Shown here: one piece after another, positions 11,911-25,861 of the stretch | Layout of the letters: each line of letters begins with the position of its first letter | Position numbering within the stretch: the first letter of the stretch is position 1 | From: Psilocybe cubensis | Lineage: Eukaryota | DNA: 64,000 bases | NCBI GenBank assembly: GCA_017499595.2 | Contig: CM039000.1 | Span: 1,860,001 to 1,924,000 of the forward strand | Direction: 5' to 3' | The notes under the pieces: generated by a model | Seen by the model: the letters and a program-made list of their open reading frames with translations, nothing else | The model's database searches: none | What the model was told of the DNA's origin: nothing | Made by a program: the position numbers and the translations under genes

Positions 11911-14900
11911 ATGTTTACTGCCACAGGCCTGCTTTCTGGTCCAGATATCTCACCACTCAATCAGGACACTCCCGTGAAACCATCAGTGGGGACAACCTTT
12001 GTATCAAATGGACTATTGGGTGTCACTTCTTCAACCACCCTGGATGCCACTACATCTTCACATTTATGTATTGAAGAACTCTCTGAAACTGGCCGCTTGC
12101 CTGTAGATATGGGATTTGTCTCCAATGAACTGCTTGGCTTCAATACCTCTTCGACGATTAGCCACTCGACCGACGCAGAACACGTCCCTCAAACGGTCGT
12201 CAATACCTCAATCCTTCCCCCTGGGGCCACTTTTGTATCAAACGGGCTGTTAGGAAATAATTTTAGCTCGCTACCTCAAACACAAGATATTGGTGCGAAT
12301 GATATCTGAAAACTAATATGTTGTAAACTGACACATTCTTATTCGCACTAGCCTCTTCCTCCAATCTCTATCTAAATTCAACACAGGCGGCCATCAGTAT
12401 TCCACGTGCCAGTATCAGAGCAACAACTTACGACGGCAAAACGCTCTATCTGAAAAGGAAGCCAAAAAGAATTGGCGCATACTCTGCTGTATGGTATCAT
12501 TTGAACCAAGCAATGACTTGCGCTAATTGCGAGTTAGTCTATACCCTCAACTAGGTCAATTGGAAATCTTCTCGATGTTCCCATCCACAGGCTTATGGAC
12601 CATCTGTCAACAGATGCCATCAATGGCATTCAACAGTCGTAAGCGGTTATAAAGTCACGTACAACTTGTTAACCTTTTAAATGATCATTGAGTAGTGCCC
12701 GTTCTGAAATGGAAATACCATGTAGCTCCAAGCCATCTGAGGTTGATGTAGAAGATACACTTTGGGTCGACCGCTATCGCCCTCGCAAATTTACCGACCT
12801 TTTGGGCAACGAAAAGGTTGCTAGAGATGCCATGACTTGGTTGAAACAGTGGGATTATTGTGTTTTTGGTAAAACTAAGGGGAAGAAGCGAGGGCGGGAC
12901 GATGAAGAAAATGTCATTTTAGATGAGCATCGACGTCCGCAAGAAAAGGTAAAGTAATACAAATTTTCAGCTCGTCCTTCTTTCTAACATTCATTAGATT
13001 TTGTTGCTTTCAGGACCTCCCGGCCTTGGCAAAACAACCATGGCACATGTCATAGCTCGTCAAGCTGGCTATGAGGTAATGGAAATCAATGCAAGGTCAA
13101 CAAGAACCGATACCATGGCCCCTCTGCGACGTGGCTGATAGTGAACCATTTATTCAGCGATGCACGATCTGGGTCTGTCATTGACGACCGAATAAGGCCT
13201 GCCTTAGAGTCGGGGTCCACAGTTGGGAGTACCAAACCGACACTTCTCGTCATTGATGAAGTTGACGGTGCTACTGGAGCGGGAGATAATGTGAGTCACC
13301 TGTTCATTTACAATGCTCAGCCATTCCCGCATCTGAAGACTTGCCCTAGTCAAATTCATTTATCCACAAACTAGTTCAGATGGTAAACACCAAGCCACGG
13401 AAAAAAGGTCTATCTGTTGATTGCTGTTTATTTTTAAATTCTGATAAAGAATTAAGATCGTTTAGCGAACGGGAAAGAAAAAGACGGTCGAAGGCCTATA
13501 TTGCGACCAATCATTTGCATATGCAATGACCACAACGCATCTTCATTGGCTAAACTGCGACCTCATACATACCAAATTCGATTCAATCGCCCTTCTGACA
13601 CACACCTGGTCAAGCGATTAAAAGAAATTTGTCTAATTGAAGACATGAAGGCCGACACGAGGGCATTAAACACTCTTGTCAGTGTAGCAAAAGGTGATCT
13701 ACGTGGATGCTTAAATACGTTGCAGGTGTGTTGTTGGTATTCTAATTGAATTTTCATTGCACTAAAGCATCAATTTTTAAGTTCATAAAAACACGTCGCG
13801 AAGAGGTCACAGAATCAATTGTTCGAAGAGCCACTGCGGGAATGAAGGAAGAGGACGCAACTGTTCATTCTGCCCTCAACAATCTGTTTACTCCTTTAAC
13901 AAAAAGGCGTCTTAGAGAATTGGGATTAAGCGACGAAGAAGACTTGCGCTATGTGTCCCGATTAGCAAGAGAGATCGATTCTACTGGCCGAGAAAACACC
14001 GTGGCTACAGGTCATTTATCCTGCTAGTATCGACATCACTTAACTGATATATTACATTATAGGCTGCTTCGGACATTATGTGACGCTTCGTCGCCACGAC
14101 GCAAATCTCTCTAGACAACAAAAAGGGATAGAGTGGCTGGCTACCTTCGACTCCTTTTCATCTGCTATGTACTCTGATGGAGATTTTGCGCTAAACCAAT
14201 ACCTTCCTTATACCCTTGTTCCTTTTTACCCGCTTTTCCAGGAGAAAAGTGGAGATCGCGTTGAGCGAAATCAAACTGACTGGGAGGTAAGCCCGAATAC
14301 TCTGTAGAACAATTATAGACAATTGATTCCCCACGCTATTTAGCATTTGCTACTTACCCGTAGTAATGAAGAGATTTATAGAACTCTTTCTCGGTGTGTT
14401 CAAAATGCAGCCATAAGATATGGTGGCGATTTCAGGCATTTGGTCAGCAGCCCAATCCTTCAGACAGAGTTCGCTCCTTTCATCAACAGAATAATATCTC
14501 CACCTCTCCGACCTGTGAGTCCAGCCTCTTTACTTTTACATCTTACCTTCAGTTAAACAAAACCCATCAGGTCAATAGCCAAGTTATTCGGCCGGAAGAA
14601 AAGACTTTGATGACTCGGGTCGTTGACATCATGTCCACTCTAGAATTACGCTTTGTCCAGGAAAAGACAGATGACGGTCAACTCACCTACAGACTAGATC
14701 CGTATGTAACCATTGTTCTATCCAACTATTGTATAATCTGAAAAATATTTAGACCTATTGACGTTTTCATTACATATGACGGTAAACGAGCGCCTGATAT
14801 TACGGTATCCCGATATGCAGTTCGGCAACTTGTTTCTGGAGAGGTATTTGTTCGGTCACATAGTCCTCCTTCTCTCTCACAACTTGGGTGACTAGATTGA

Positions 14901-15351
14901 TGCCAAAATGATTGCTCTCAATACTGAATACATCGAGAAGGGTAAACGTGGAAAACACGATTTCTTGAGCAAGTCTAGGCGAGTGTAATAGACGTAGTTA
15001 ACTGGAGCGGAACTCATAGTTTTGCAGCTCCGGGAATGATGCATCCAGGAATGTGAAACTAGACGACAACTCTGACAGTCCAAATAAACGTGCCAAAACA
15101 GCTGACAATCGAGATATTGCTGACAAGGTAAGTCCCCGCGATGTCTTTCTGGAAGCCTCGACTTAACAACGTATATTACTCTTCAGCCCCCAACGGATTT
15201 CTTTGGTCGTCTCATCACCGTGGCTTCTGCTAATGCAACGAAGGCCGCGGTCCGAAAGAATGTCGAGAAAAGGTATCGAGTCACATTTCGCTTCTTGGAG
15301 GGCAATTCAGCAGCAGTGCGGAGACCTGTCAAAGTAAATATGTTCTTCTGA
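11911..15351 (+). CDS. CTF18: Chromosome transmission fidelity protein 18 (RFC-like AAA+ clamp loader)
   Basis: Contains [16 protein letters not shown], Walker [15 protein letters not shown], Walker [18 protein letters not shown] and [12 protein letters not shown]-terminus [15 protein letters not shown]. Confidence 0.93.
11998..12250 (+). repeat. Three copies of an FVSN(G/E)LLG motif at exact 117-bp spacing in CTF18 exon 1
   Basis: TTT codons of the motif lie at 11998, 12115 and 12232. Confidence 0.85.
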
Positions 15352-16154
15352 CGTGTCGATAAGTGGTTCGTCCTGTATATCGTCTGTCCTGTATATCGTC
15401 CTATTTTATTTAACAAACCAATTATTTTAACTGGGCAATTTATAGTTCTGGTGGTATTATTGCGAATATATTCAGGTCAGCGGGTCGCAGATATGTGAAA
15501 CTCTCTTTCCAGTCGGCCTCGGAGGCATGGATATTCAATATTATTGGTTTGGTGGTGCCTACACTCTTTCCTTCCAATTTGCCACCTCCATTCTCGTAAA
15601 CAGATTATGTTTGTTGGTTACCGCCGAAGTTAGCCCATTTGATTCTCGATCTCTCTAGGTGTTCATCCGTCCTTGGTGTTACAGACCACCACGCGCAAAG
15701 AAGTCGTGCAGATAGGTTCCCGTATGGTTATTTGAAGGGCGCCGCCTTCGCAGCTTCCGCGACATTCTCTACACCTTTTCTTTGCTTTATGTACAGACCA
15801 AATCAGGAAGTTGGATGGCCCTAGAAGGAATGGCCTGCTCAGATGCATGACTCCTCACGTCACTGAGTGACTGCATGCACTGTTCCAGACCCTTCAAACC
15901 AGACGATCGACTGCAAATGAAGGTATTTCCTCTATTGTACTCGGTGCTATGAGGCCATACAAGGCCCATCTAACGTTGCGTGAAGGGTACTTTTCTCGAT
16001 GATAAGATTATTGCACACGGAGACCGCCTGAGTTGCTGAGTCCAGCACTAGATCGCGGTCATCTTCTCATTTTGGAGATAAGTGGAGGTATCCTGTACGA
16101 ACAAGGACTGAGGCTCGCATTAAAATTCTGAGCATCGGGAGAGGTCCGTCCAGG

Positions 16155-16161
16155 TATAAAA
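16155..16161 (+). promoter_or_regulatory. TATA box of the hydrophobin gene
   Basis: TATAAAA lies ~85 bp upstream of the ATG at 16244 and is followed by a CT-rich leader. Confidence 0.7.
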
Positions 16162-16243
16162 GCAATCCGTACTTTGCATGTTTTCTCAGACAACCCAACT
16201 AGACTCCTCAAGAAATCCCTTCCCATCTCTCAATTACTCAGAT

Positions 16244-16759
16244 ATGCACGCTTTCAGCTCTGTCGTCATCCTTGCTCTCCCTTTTCTTGTTGCCGGTACT
16301 CCTTTGGTATGAAACCTCCAGTTCATGTCGTTGAAACCTCGGGCTTACACACCGTTATGATATATCTGCAGGTTTCCAGGACCGGTGGCTCTAACTGTAA
16401 TAGCGGTAGCCTCCAGTGTTGTGAAGAAACAAATACGGTAGTTCCCATTCTTGGATGTATTTGGCCTAAGAAATAATCACAAACCATTCGTTGTTATTAT
16501 CCAGAACCCCAGTGCCATCAGCGGCTTAAACATCCTTGGCCCTATCGAAGGATTGATCGGCCAGAATTGTAGCCCAATCACCGTTATTGGTGGCATCCCA
16601 ACCACTAGTTGCACACAACAAACACTCTGTTGCAGCAAAAATACCTACGTATGTCTCAGTTATAAACCATCTCGTTTTCATCGATATAACTACCTTCTGA
16701 ATCCGTAGAATGGGGGCTTGATCGCGACTGGATGCACTCCGGTCAATGTTAACCTTTGA
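16244..16759 (+). CDS. Class I hydrophobin
   Basis: Signal peptide MHAFSSVVILALPFLVAGTP. Four exons give the 8-Cys pattern C-X6-CC-X26-C-X13-C-X5-CC-X13-C, ending GCTPVNVNL*. Confidence 0.95.
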
Positions 16760-17372
16760 CATTGTACACCTCTCTTCTGGATACTTTTGACAAACAGACT
16801 TGAAGTGAAATAGTACAAACTGTCACTAGTGCTACTTGGTATCATTCGAGTATTATCTTCAAGTTGAGGTTGTGGTGTACATGGGTTGGACATTTTCATT
16901 TCTCCCTTTGTGGTTACAATAATAGATTTTGAACAATTTACGCTACTGTCTTGCTGTTGCATGAATGATATTACCACTACACACGAACTCAGTACTCGGT
17001 TTTTGTGACGGTCCCGAAATGGGTTACGTCATGATGTTGAAGTATTTCCATATCAACTCAGTCCGAGTCCTTCAATAGCACATCATTTCAACATCGTGCA
17101 ATGGTTTTAAATCGCGATAAAAGTATTTCATGTAAGATATGAGCCTGGACTCGCCGGGCTATTAGTGGTCAGGATCCGTCAGCTTTTGAATGCTACCCTC
17201 CGACTTAATCACCAAGCAGACAGTTAAGTCATTTCTCTGATACTTGGGACATCTAGAAGAAGTTGTACAGAGGAACCGGTAACGTTTACCGGGTGTATAA
17301 ACATTTAAAACGTAGTCGTTGACTTCACGACATTCAAAATGATCCTAGAATTTCGCAACGGATTTAAACAAT

Positions 17373-19999
17373 TCATAAATCATAACGGAAGTCTCTGTTC
17401 TGTAAATCGGTTAAATCAAGGAATGCCTAAGAAATGGTGAAGCCATCAGAATGCTTGGTTAATGATATTATTAAGGTGGTACTTGCCCTGTCGACTCTTT
17501 TCTCTGTTTGAGTTCCGTCGGCAAGTTCTTGAGTCAAGTATATGTTGTCATAAGATTCGTCTCGTTTTTCTGCATCCCGTCGTTTATTTTCCGAATAAAG
17601 CATGAAACGGAGGGTTAAAATCAATACAAAAGATACCCCGATGCACGCCGATATGATGGACCAAGGAACGTGGTTCCTTTGTAAGAGATAAGAGCTTAGC
17701 AAGAACTTCAAAATACAGTATCACACACCGTGGCGAGTACTTCTTTTTCCACATGAACGGTCCTGCTGCATTCGCAATAGCGTACGCAGACAGAACAATA
17801 GCGTTTGTTGTAGTACCTAGTTTAGATGCTGTTCAGCCCAATAAAGATGAAGCATATGAATATAGATATACGTTTCGTATGTCCGGAGACGATGGAATTC
17901 ACCCATCCAAGAAGGATTGCGAAGGGTGTAAATACGAAGACTAGCGAACAGAATTAGTTTGATGCGGTCTATGCACCAACTAAATACTGACTTGATACCC
18001 AATACGAGAACAACAAGCCGACCTTGTCGTGCGAAGGTAACTTGTTTACTAAAATGGTCCCAAGCAATGCCGGTCCGAACATGAGAGCAGCCGCATAGCC
18101 TCGACCAATAGAGCGTCGAGACGCCAGAGTAACCCCAAGCCATATGGTAACGACTGATAGAGGAAAGAATGGTTAGCATATGCAGCGTGTCATTAAAATA
18201 AGCAGCGCACTCTCAACAACTCCGTCAACACAACCCAGTAGAGTTGTTTTGATGGGTGAGAACCCGAATTCGTTGATAATTAGCTGCCTTTGGTTGGTCA
18301 GCTGTGAAATTGAAGTTAGAATTTTGCTATCTTAAAACCGAAAGATATGGGTCCCACAGAATTGACGATGTTACTATAATCCGAAAAACTGTCAAAATCG
18401 GTTCGTGTGCGATACTAAATTTCCAACGTACGCAAATGCTGTGAACGCGGCCATTACCCAGATTTTGGGATCTAACAGAGTTTCGATGAATCTAAGAGAT
18501 TAATAGAAGCTACAAATGATGTTCATCTGCGGGTAAGAACTCAAGACTTACTGGTCGCGTTTCCATTGCTTATTCTCGACACCGGCCTGGTTACTTCTGA
18601 TACGTTGCACAGCTTGCGTACGCTCCTCTGGGGTCAAGAAGTAGGCTGTTGTTGGTGAGTCGGGGAAATAAAACCTTACAATGCAGTATTGTCTCAGACA
18701 CGACCTAAAACATAGTGCAAAATGATAGAAATATCACACACCAAAACAACACAGAAGTGACTAAAGTAATAACACCAGTGATGACCATCAACCTAGATAA
18801 AGGTCAAAATTGTTGCAAGGCACTATCAAAACAAATTATTGCGTACCATTGCCACGGCATGAACCTGTGAACCTTAGATGCGATTGAATTAGTATACAGA
18901 AAGCAGGAATCCGGGATTGTGGAAAACCTTGGTGTGCAAAACTCCAAAACTAATGAAGCCAAGGAAAATGATAGCAAAGCCATTCATCAGAACTGTTCAT
19001 CCCTTGTATTAGTGTCATTCTCATGATATACTGTAGATAACATACACCAATAACCGACACGTTTATTTTGCTCTGCGCGCGTGTAGAACATTGATGTCAC
19101 AATCATGAATCCAGGGGTGATTGCACCTAGAACATATATATGTAGGTCAAAATTCAGTACATGTGGAAAGATACATTAATTTAGAACCTGCCTTCGCACA
19201 TCCCAAGAATAAACCTGACAGCAAACAGCGCTCCAAATGATTTACATGCTGAATGGGCAAGAAGAGCAACAGCCCATACGAAAATGTTGATACTAAACGC
19301 GCCTTTTCATTAGCATCATAGAAGCTGTGATCAACATTGCTAGTATCGCACCTCATCCATTTCGCAACTGGAAATTTTTGGAGAGCAAGATTTTGAGGGT
19401 ACTAGAAACGCTTATGAAAATGAATGTGGGCCAACTGTCCAGTAAAATCATACCTGGAACACCAGATAACTGAGATAAAATATTGTACCTAACCAATTGA
19501 ATTGATTTTGCGTCAAATGTGCACCTGGACTGTAAAACTTTCAATATCACAACAACAACAATCCGGTTAAAGAATTTTTTTACATGATTCCAAGTACTGC
19601 CGATTGTCCTAAAGTAGTCTTATCGGCGAATGTCATGCTAGGGACAGCGGCCGGGGTTCAGTAAGAGACTGTAAATTTCGGACATTGATTAAGCACGTTG
19701 GCATACAGGTACATGACTGTGAACACAAAAAGAGGACGTCATGAGTGTTGGAATCTGAGCGCATGTGGTATACATACTACACATGAGAGGCATGAGATGC
19801 CAATCGATTTTCCGCCTAGAGAATTTTACTGGTGAATCGATTGGACGAGGTTGCATAGGTCTACTCACCTGATTTGCGCCGCGGCCTGAGGGTCCAAAGG
19901 AGCATCGGAATCAAGACTAGCTGCAATGTCGATGTCGCGAATCGAAACATTGGCATGGTGGGCAACCTTCTTTTCTGAGGCGTCGCTTGCTGAGTCCAT
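17373..19999 (-). CDS. MFS transporter, allantoate permease (Dal5/ACS) family
   Basis: Many short exons encode RRKIDWHLMPLMC, FADKTTLGQSAVLGI, QFNWLGTIFYLSYLVFQYPQNLALQKFPVAKWM and a terminal AFLDLTDLQNRDFRY. Confidence 0.9.
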
Positions 20000-20769
20000 A
20001 TTGCAAAGGGGATCCCCAGATGATGAAGAGCAATCGAAGCATGCCAGTAGGAAGCCTGGCTTATATATACCTAAGGATATCAAGCGCGTCTTACAAAGTA
20101 CCGGTAACTCGAACTCAAGATGGATCATCCGTGGTGTTCAACCTGACGTTACTTCCCCATTTGCCGAAAACAATCCTCCCACATTGGCACAATGGAGGTG
20201 GATTTTGCAAAACTTGCAAGAATACCTCCCATGGTGTAAAATTTATTTTATGCTGATCCGGTGACTGCGAAACTTGAGTCAGAGTAAACATCGAATCACT
20301 GTCAATGGACCTCATAAATAGGTGTGCTTCGAGAATGGTTAAATTAGGTACAAGAATCATACATCAGGCCGACCGGAACACAGGGGAAAATATATTCTCC
20401 CAAAACGAGAGCGATACTTGCTTTTCGACAAGGGATAAGACATTATCGGCGGCTATTTGACTTCACCAGCGTTAAAGTTAAGATGAAGAGTATGTTCCAA
20501 GGGGACTCTTGGCATTACAGGCAAGCGCCAGTGAATATTCGGTTTCCCACGCTCGAGCCAAATCTTTGTTATTCAAGTCCCTGTTCTCGAAGATGGGCGG
20601 CCTTATTCTTGAGTGTTGCCAGAACATACAAACCCCAAAATAACTTTTTTCAAAGCTATCGTCCCGATTTCTACCCAGACACCCGTCGAAAAACACAAAC
20701 TGCTGTCAGTTTCCAAGCTACTGGTGTGATTCGCACACTTTTTCTGTAGATTGTGAAGAATCAATCGAC

Positions 20770-22658
20770 ATGTCAGAACAGAAAATTGCTGAGACCAAAA
20801 GATGGGAGCTAGGACCAGAATCAGAGTACAGATTTGAGCTCGACCCTGGAGCATCTCTTGCAATCAAGGTTTGTCCAATCAAGATTAATGACTGTCATCA
20901 CACAAATCACTTTGGCTTACACTTCAATAGCTTGTTCAAGGCCATGCCGAAATTTTTGGATTTGAGTTAGCGGAGGGCAAGGTACATCTCTTCGGCTTTG
21001 AATGCAAAGCTGCAGTGTATACATGGAAGGGCTGCGTCATTGAGATAAGTCCTTGTCGGATTTGGTAAAAGATCCTTAACGATTGTTTATCTACGTTACA
21101 GGTGAACCATCGACTGAATACATCTCAGATGAGACACCTATGAGGTCCTATGCAAATTTGCATATTGCTCTTGAGCAGATGCGTGTCCGCGCTCTTAGGC
21201 AAATACGTGGTTCACCGATTCCGTCCCATGACATACCGAAGTACGACCCTCCAAGGGTGCTTGTTCTTGGTCCCGAGCATTCGGGCAAAACTACCGTCTG
21301 CAAGATTCTCACTAACTATGCTGTTCGTGCTGGTCAAGGGTGGTCACCATTCCTTGTGAATGTTGATCCGAGCGAGGCATGTTGGCTATAATGGATTATC
21401 GACTTTCATTGACATTGAATCAGGGTGGTTGGGCTGCACCAGGAGCGATATCTGTGGCCCCAGTGTATGCTCCCATCCCAACAGCATCTGCTGCAAATCC
21501 CCTGGGGTCCGCAGCGACGACAGCACCTGTATCGCTATCCTCTAATGCACTCCTCCCATTGGCATATTGGTATGGCCACCCGGAAACGAAGAGGAACCCA
21601 TTGTTAATGGATAGATTGATACGAAACCTGGGAGATAACATTAATGACCGTTTTGAACTCGATAACGAAGGTAGTATCGCGAATTATAATTTGAGCTTCT
21701 CTGTATAATTATGTTTTGCTGCAGGGAGAGCTTCGGGTCTTATTGTCGACACACCATCTTCGTTTGCAACAGGCCCTACTGCTAATAATCATCGACACAA
21801 ATTAATTAAAGCCTGCGTTGATGCATTTAAAAGTTAGTGGCCTCACACGCGAATTAATGATAAATTACTTATGCTAGCAATAGTCAACATGATTATTGTC
21901 GTAGGGCACGAGAAACTTAACGTTGAGGTGCAACGCACTTATGGCTCTCTGCTATCAGTTGTGAAGATTCCGAAATCAGGTGGCGTGTGTATTTTTTCAT
22001 ACGCCTTCTCTACATCAGTAAAAATGACATCGTAGTAGGTTGTTGAGGTAGATTATAGCTATCGCGAGAGGGTTCACAACTATGAAATGCACACATACAT
22101 GTATGGTCAAGTTATCCAAGCCCCCACCGGAATCACGAATGGAACATTGGGTGGCGAAAATTTAACCGACCTTGTCCTGTCGCCATCGTCTACGGTCATC
22201 AACTTCGGTGATCTGCAAATATATCGAGTAGGGTCTGGTATGTGGTATCCATTTTTTGCCCATGTCTGTTCGTCAAATCCAGTGATTTGCAGATGCAATG
22301 GCTCCATCCGATGCACTTCCCGTAGGTGCGGCTCGCACAGTATCGGAGATGCAGCCAGTATTGGTCGATCCCGCATCCCCGGGGTCTGGTCTTCTTAACT
22401 CTGTTCTTGCCCTCCTTGCCCCACCCAACCGTGACGAGAACGAGCGATATGACGAAGAAGTTCTCGACTTGACGGTTGTTGGTTTTTTAGTAATGTATGC
22501 TATTGCAAGCGACAAAAAATACCTCATCTCATTACTTATAATCTTTCAGCACGAATATTGATATACCCAAAAAGAAAATGACTGTATTGGCTCCAAACCG
22601 CGGGAGTGTCGTTGGAAGGACCGCCGTCATTGGATCTTACGAATGGCAGGATCAGTAG
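20770..22658 (+). CDS. CLP1: Polynucleotide 5'-hydroxyl kinase / mRNA cleavage factor Clp1
   Basis: Contains WELGPESEYRFEL, ETPMRSYANLHIALEQMR, Walker A GPEHSGKTTVCKILTNYAVR, VKIPKSGGVVEVD and a C-terminal domain. Confidence 0.93.
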
Positions 22659-22874
22659 TAGCAATTAGGGTGTCTCAAAATGGCATATCAAGGAATTAAT
22701 ACAATTCGTATCCCCTTTCTTATTTTCTGTGTCATCTTTTAGTATGGAATACTATGGTGCAGTATTCGCATCTGAAGAAGAAAGGTAGGCGTTTTAGGGG
22801 TAGAACAACGGTCAAACTGTCGGCTCAATATCGGTTAACCGCCAACCCAGAAATTGCTTCGTCAAAATCCGATT

Positions 22875-23377
22875 CTAATCGTCGTCTTTCAAGTCATACT
22901 CCTCATGTATCTGGCGAATGGTGGTTTGTTTCAGCGACGCAAGCTGCAGCGCTCTCCCATATCAGCCGAGCATTCATCATTATCGTAGAGGGGGCAGCGA
23001 TGCAACGACACGCACCCTTCCTATTAATATCTAAATAAAATTGTTATGAGAATGGGGTAGCAAGGAAGAGCCTCAACAATCGGTACCTGTGTCGCGTCTT
23101 TGGTTTCGTTATACTTGTGAAGCAATGCTATATGGCGTTTGACGATGACCTCTGCATCTACACCTTCGCTGTATGATGCAAAGCGTGAGACGAACGGTGG
23201 TGTAAGTGAGTTCGTGTTTGTACCCAAGCTGTGCTTGTAATCTAGCAATCTCAGACTCTAAAAATTTCTTTCGTGCCTCCTGATTCTTTAGAAATGCAAT
23301 AAAAGAGCATAAATAGAGTCCAGGCAAGTTGTACAACGAAATTGTTTACTTACCTTTGCTGAAATCGAGGCATGCAT
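22875..23377 (-). CDS. SWI5: Swi5/Sae3 recombination mediator
   Basis: Five small exons give MHASISAK/..EARKKFLESEIARLQAQLG/EGVDAEVIVKRHIALLHKYNETKDATQ/ILIGR/LASLKQTTIRQIHEEYDLKDDD*. HIxLLHxYNExKD is the Swi5/Sae3 signature. Confidence 0.85.
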
Positions 23378-23730
23378 CCTGAAGAGATATTGGTGGAGTT
23401 CGTTAACGCTATACAAGTAATGAAGTAACCACAAATTTACTGACCGCATATATACTGCAAACGTTCATTTGTGGTAATTTTCGGTGAAATTATGTGGCGC
23501 ATATATTTATAAAGAAAATCACTTCATTCACCTTACCTACATGTCGTAACTATGTTGTACATGATCATCTTTTACAAGTGGAAGTGAGATAGACGGAGGA
23601 AGATAACTCAAGATCTTGAGTCATAAATATTCCATTGAGTAATGATAGCGGCTAAAAAGTCCAAAGCAGTAGATAGTATAGTCCATTACATGTAATACGT
23701 ACTAATACCGCAATCAGAGGGTACGTTCAA

Positions 23731-25861
23731 TCAGAGCACCAAGTCCAGCAAGGCCACTCCCCTGAAGTTCATGAAGACAACGCTGAGAAGAAGCAGTGTA
23801 CCCCATACTTCTAACCTGCCCGCAGCGGCTGTTTTCGTACTGATCACGGAAACCGTACCAGGCTTAACATACGGAGCGTTGTCCAATACTAGGGTCTGCA
23901 TGAACGTCTGTGTATAAGTCTGTCCAGCGGCATCTGCGTGTACATCCAGGCTCATCTGCACACCGGAGGAATCGGCAGTGGCAGTATAAAATGAATATCC
24001 TGACTGGCCAGGTATTGACGAGTTCGCAGTGAACTCGAGTTGCATGTTGAGGGGAAACGGGAAGTTTTGAATAGTCATATCCGTAGCTTCCGCATAAACC
24101 CGCGAGGGGTTCGTGCCGTCCCGTACAGCAACAACTAGGTCGTAGTGGCGGGTATAACCGTCTCCTACCCGGTTGGTGTATGTCTGCGTAAAGGTAGTGT
24201 TGGGGATGACGGTAACATGACTGGACATTGGCACAAATAAAACCTGGTCTTGATCGATAATATAACCATTCCCTCCGTTGTTGTACGTTGTCACCTTACT
24301 ACCGTCATGCTCATCGACTTCAAACCAAAATTTGGCGATGGATGCTGCAGAGTCAATCGGCACGATAAAGTTGTAGTTGAGGAAATAGTATCCAAGACTT
24401 TTGGTGATAGGAGACACATTTGGATCGTCGACGAGGGTCTTGACTGGCAAGGCTGTATTTGTTTTGCCAGTGCAGTTCATATTATCGCCGTATCGGTCAC
24501 ACCAGAATAAGGTAACATTACGATTAGCGTTGGCCGTAGCGTTAATAGGTTGCAGAAGCTAGTACAAAATATCAGTGGGAAGGCAATAAATGATGATAGG
24601 GTACTCACACGGAAAGAGGTCTTGTAAACCAATTGATTTCGCTCGAAAGTCAATTGGGATGCGGTAACTTTGGCAGGCAATAAAGTTATTTCGTCCGTCA
24701 ATGTAACCCCCTTAGGTACGGTATCAAGCATTCTTGCCAAGATAGATTGGCACTCTGACTGAAATACAGAAGAGTCGGCAAGACTAGGGCAATAAAGATT
24801 AGAGACATGGATCAAAGTTAACAGACACAGCTGGATTCACCTGTGCATAGTACTGTTGTTGTCAGCCTCAAAGATGCGCAGGTCTGATACCATAGTTTTA
24901 TTAGGACTGATAACAAGGACATTCTGCGTGGTGCCATCGAGGTATTCGGTTACACTGGAAGGAAGCAAATGAGGCATGTGCTTGGCATCACCCTTGTAGA
25001 GGAAAAACATACACTTTGTTGTCAAAATCCATGGTGGTATCAAAGTCTTCAATTACTGGGTTGACAGAGTTTGGGTCGGGGGCGACGAGTTGCGGAAAAT
25101 CGGAGCTCCTGACTCCACCCATAGTATGCCCACAAGCAACGAGCTTGATCATCTCGGCCTGATTGAAACCTTGTTTTCTAAAGCTTTCTGTGTGCGTGGC
25201 GAGGTCCTCTTGAGGCTCAGGTGTACCAGTGCCACCAGCGACCCAGCTGTCTATACGTCCGCCGCGGAAAGGAATGATGGGCCCCCCGCAGGTGTTGACG
25301 GCCATGATAGCACCAATAGCAATAACATCAGCACCTGTGATGTTAATTTTAGAACCATGACACATGGAAAAGTGCTGAAAACGCACGCGAAACCATTTTG
25401 TTTGGATAGGCCTCGAAGTCGCTCAGAGTCTGATTAAAGCCGAGGCCAAAGTTCTAGACGGATATGGATGTCAAGGGCTCTGAAGCTGGATATTCGCCCA
25501 AGCTCACCTCTGACCGCCCTAATTCGTAAACAATTGAACCATCCAACCCACCAGTACCATCGTCGACATTGTGAGTCGCCATGTCGTGGAATGCCTGTTG
25601 GATATTTCAATCAAAACTATTGGGCAGTTCAGTGCGAGTAGTGCTCACAAATCGCAGCCATTCGGCAGGGACAGAGGCTAGAGTTGCGCCACGCTTCCGG
25701 CAAGGGTGAACGAGGGAAGCCAAACTAGAACCGTCGGACCTCCTCCCTTCAAACAGAAGACCTTCTAGGGCGTCATACTGAGGCGATGGCCATGTGTAGG
25801 CAAAAGAAAGCGGTGAAACGAGAGATAGAAGGCAGATAGAAGATGCAAAATGGGAACGCAT
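23731..25861 (-). CDS. Secreted heme peroxidase (ascorbate/cytochrome c peroxidase-related, hybrid type B-like) with a C-terminal extension and GPI/TM-like tail
   Basis: Signal peptide MRSHFASSICLLSLVSPLSFA, distal WLRFAFHDMAT..GGLDGSI, CGGPIIPFRGGRID, proximal LVACGHTMGGVR, and a hydrophobic C-terminus. Confidence 0.88.

Noticed and set aside
15370-15400. Two-copy 16-bp tandem repeat in the CTF18 3' UTR
   Set aside because: Only two copies without spacers; simple slippage, not CRISPR-like.
17276-17292. Palindrome CCGGTAA-CGT-TTACCGG
   Set aside because: Short and located between convergent 3' ends; compatible with chance.
19926-20749. Several 70-110 aa ORFs between the MFS gene and CLP1
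   Set aside because: No recognisable motifs or consistent splice structure; likely divergent promoter sequence.
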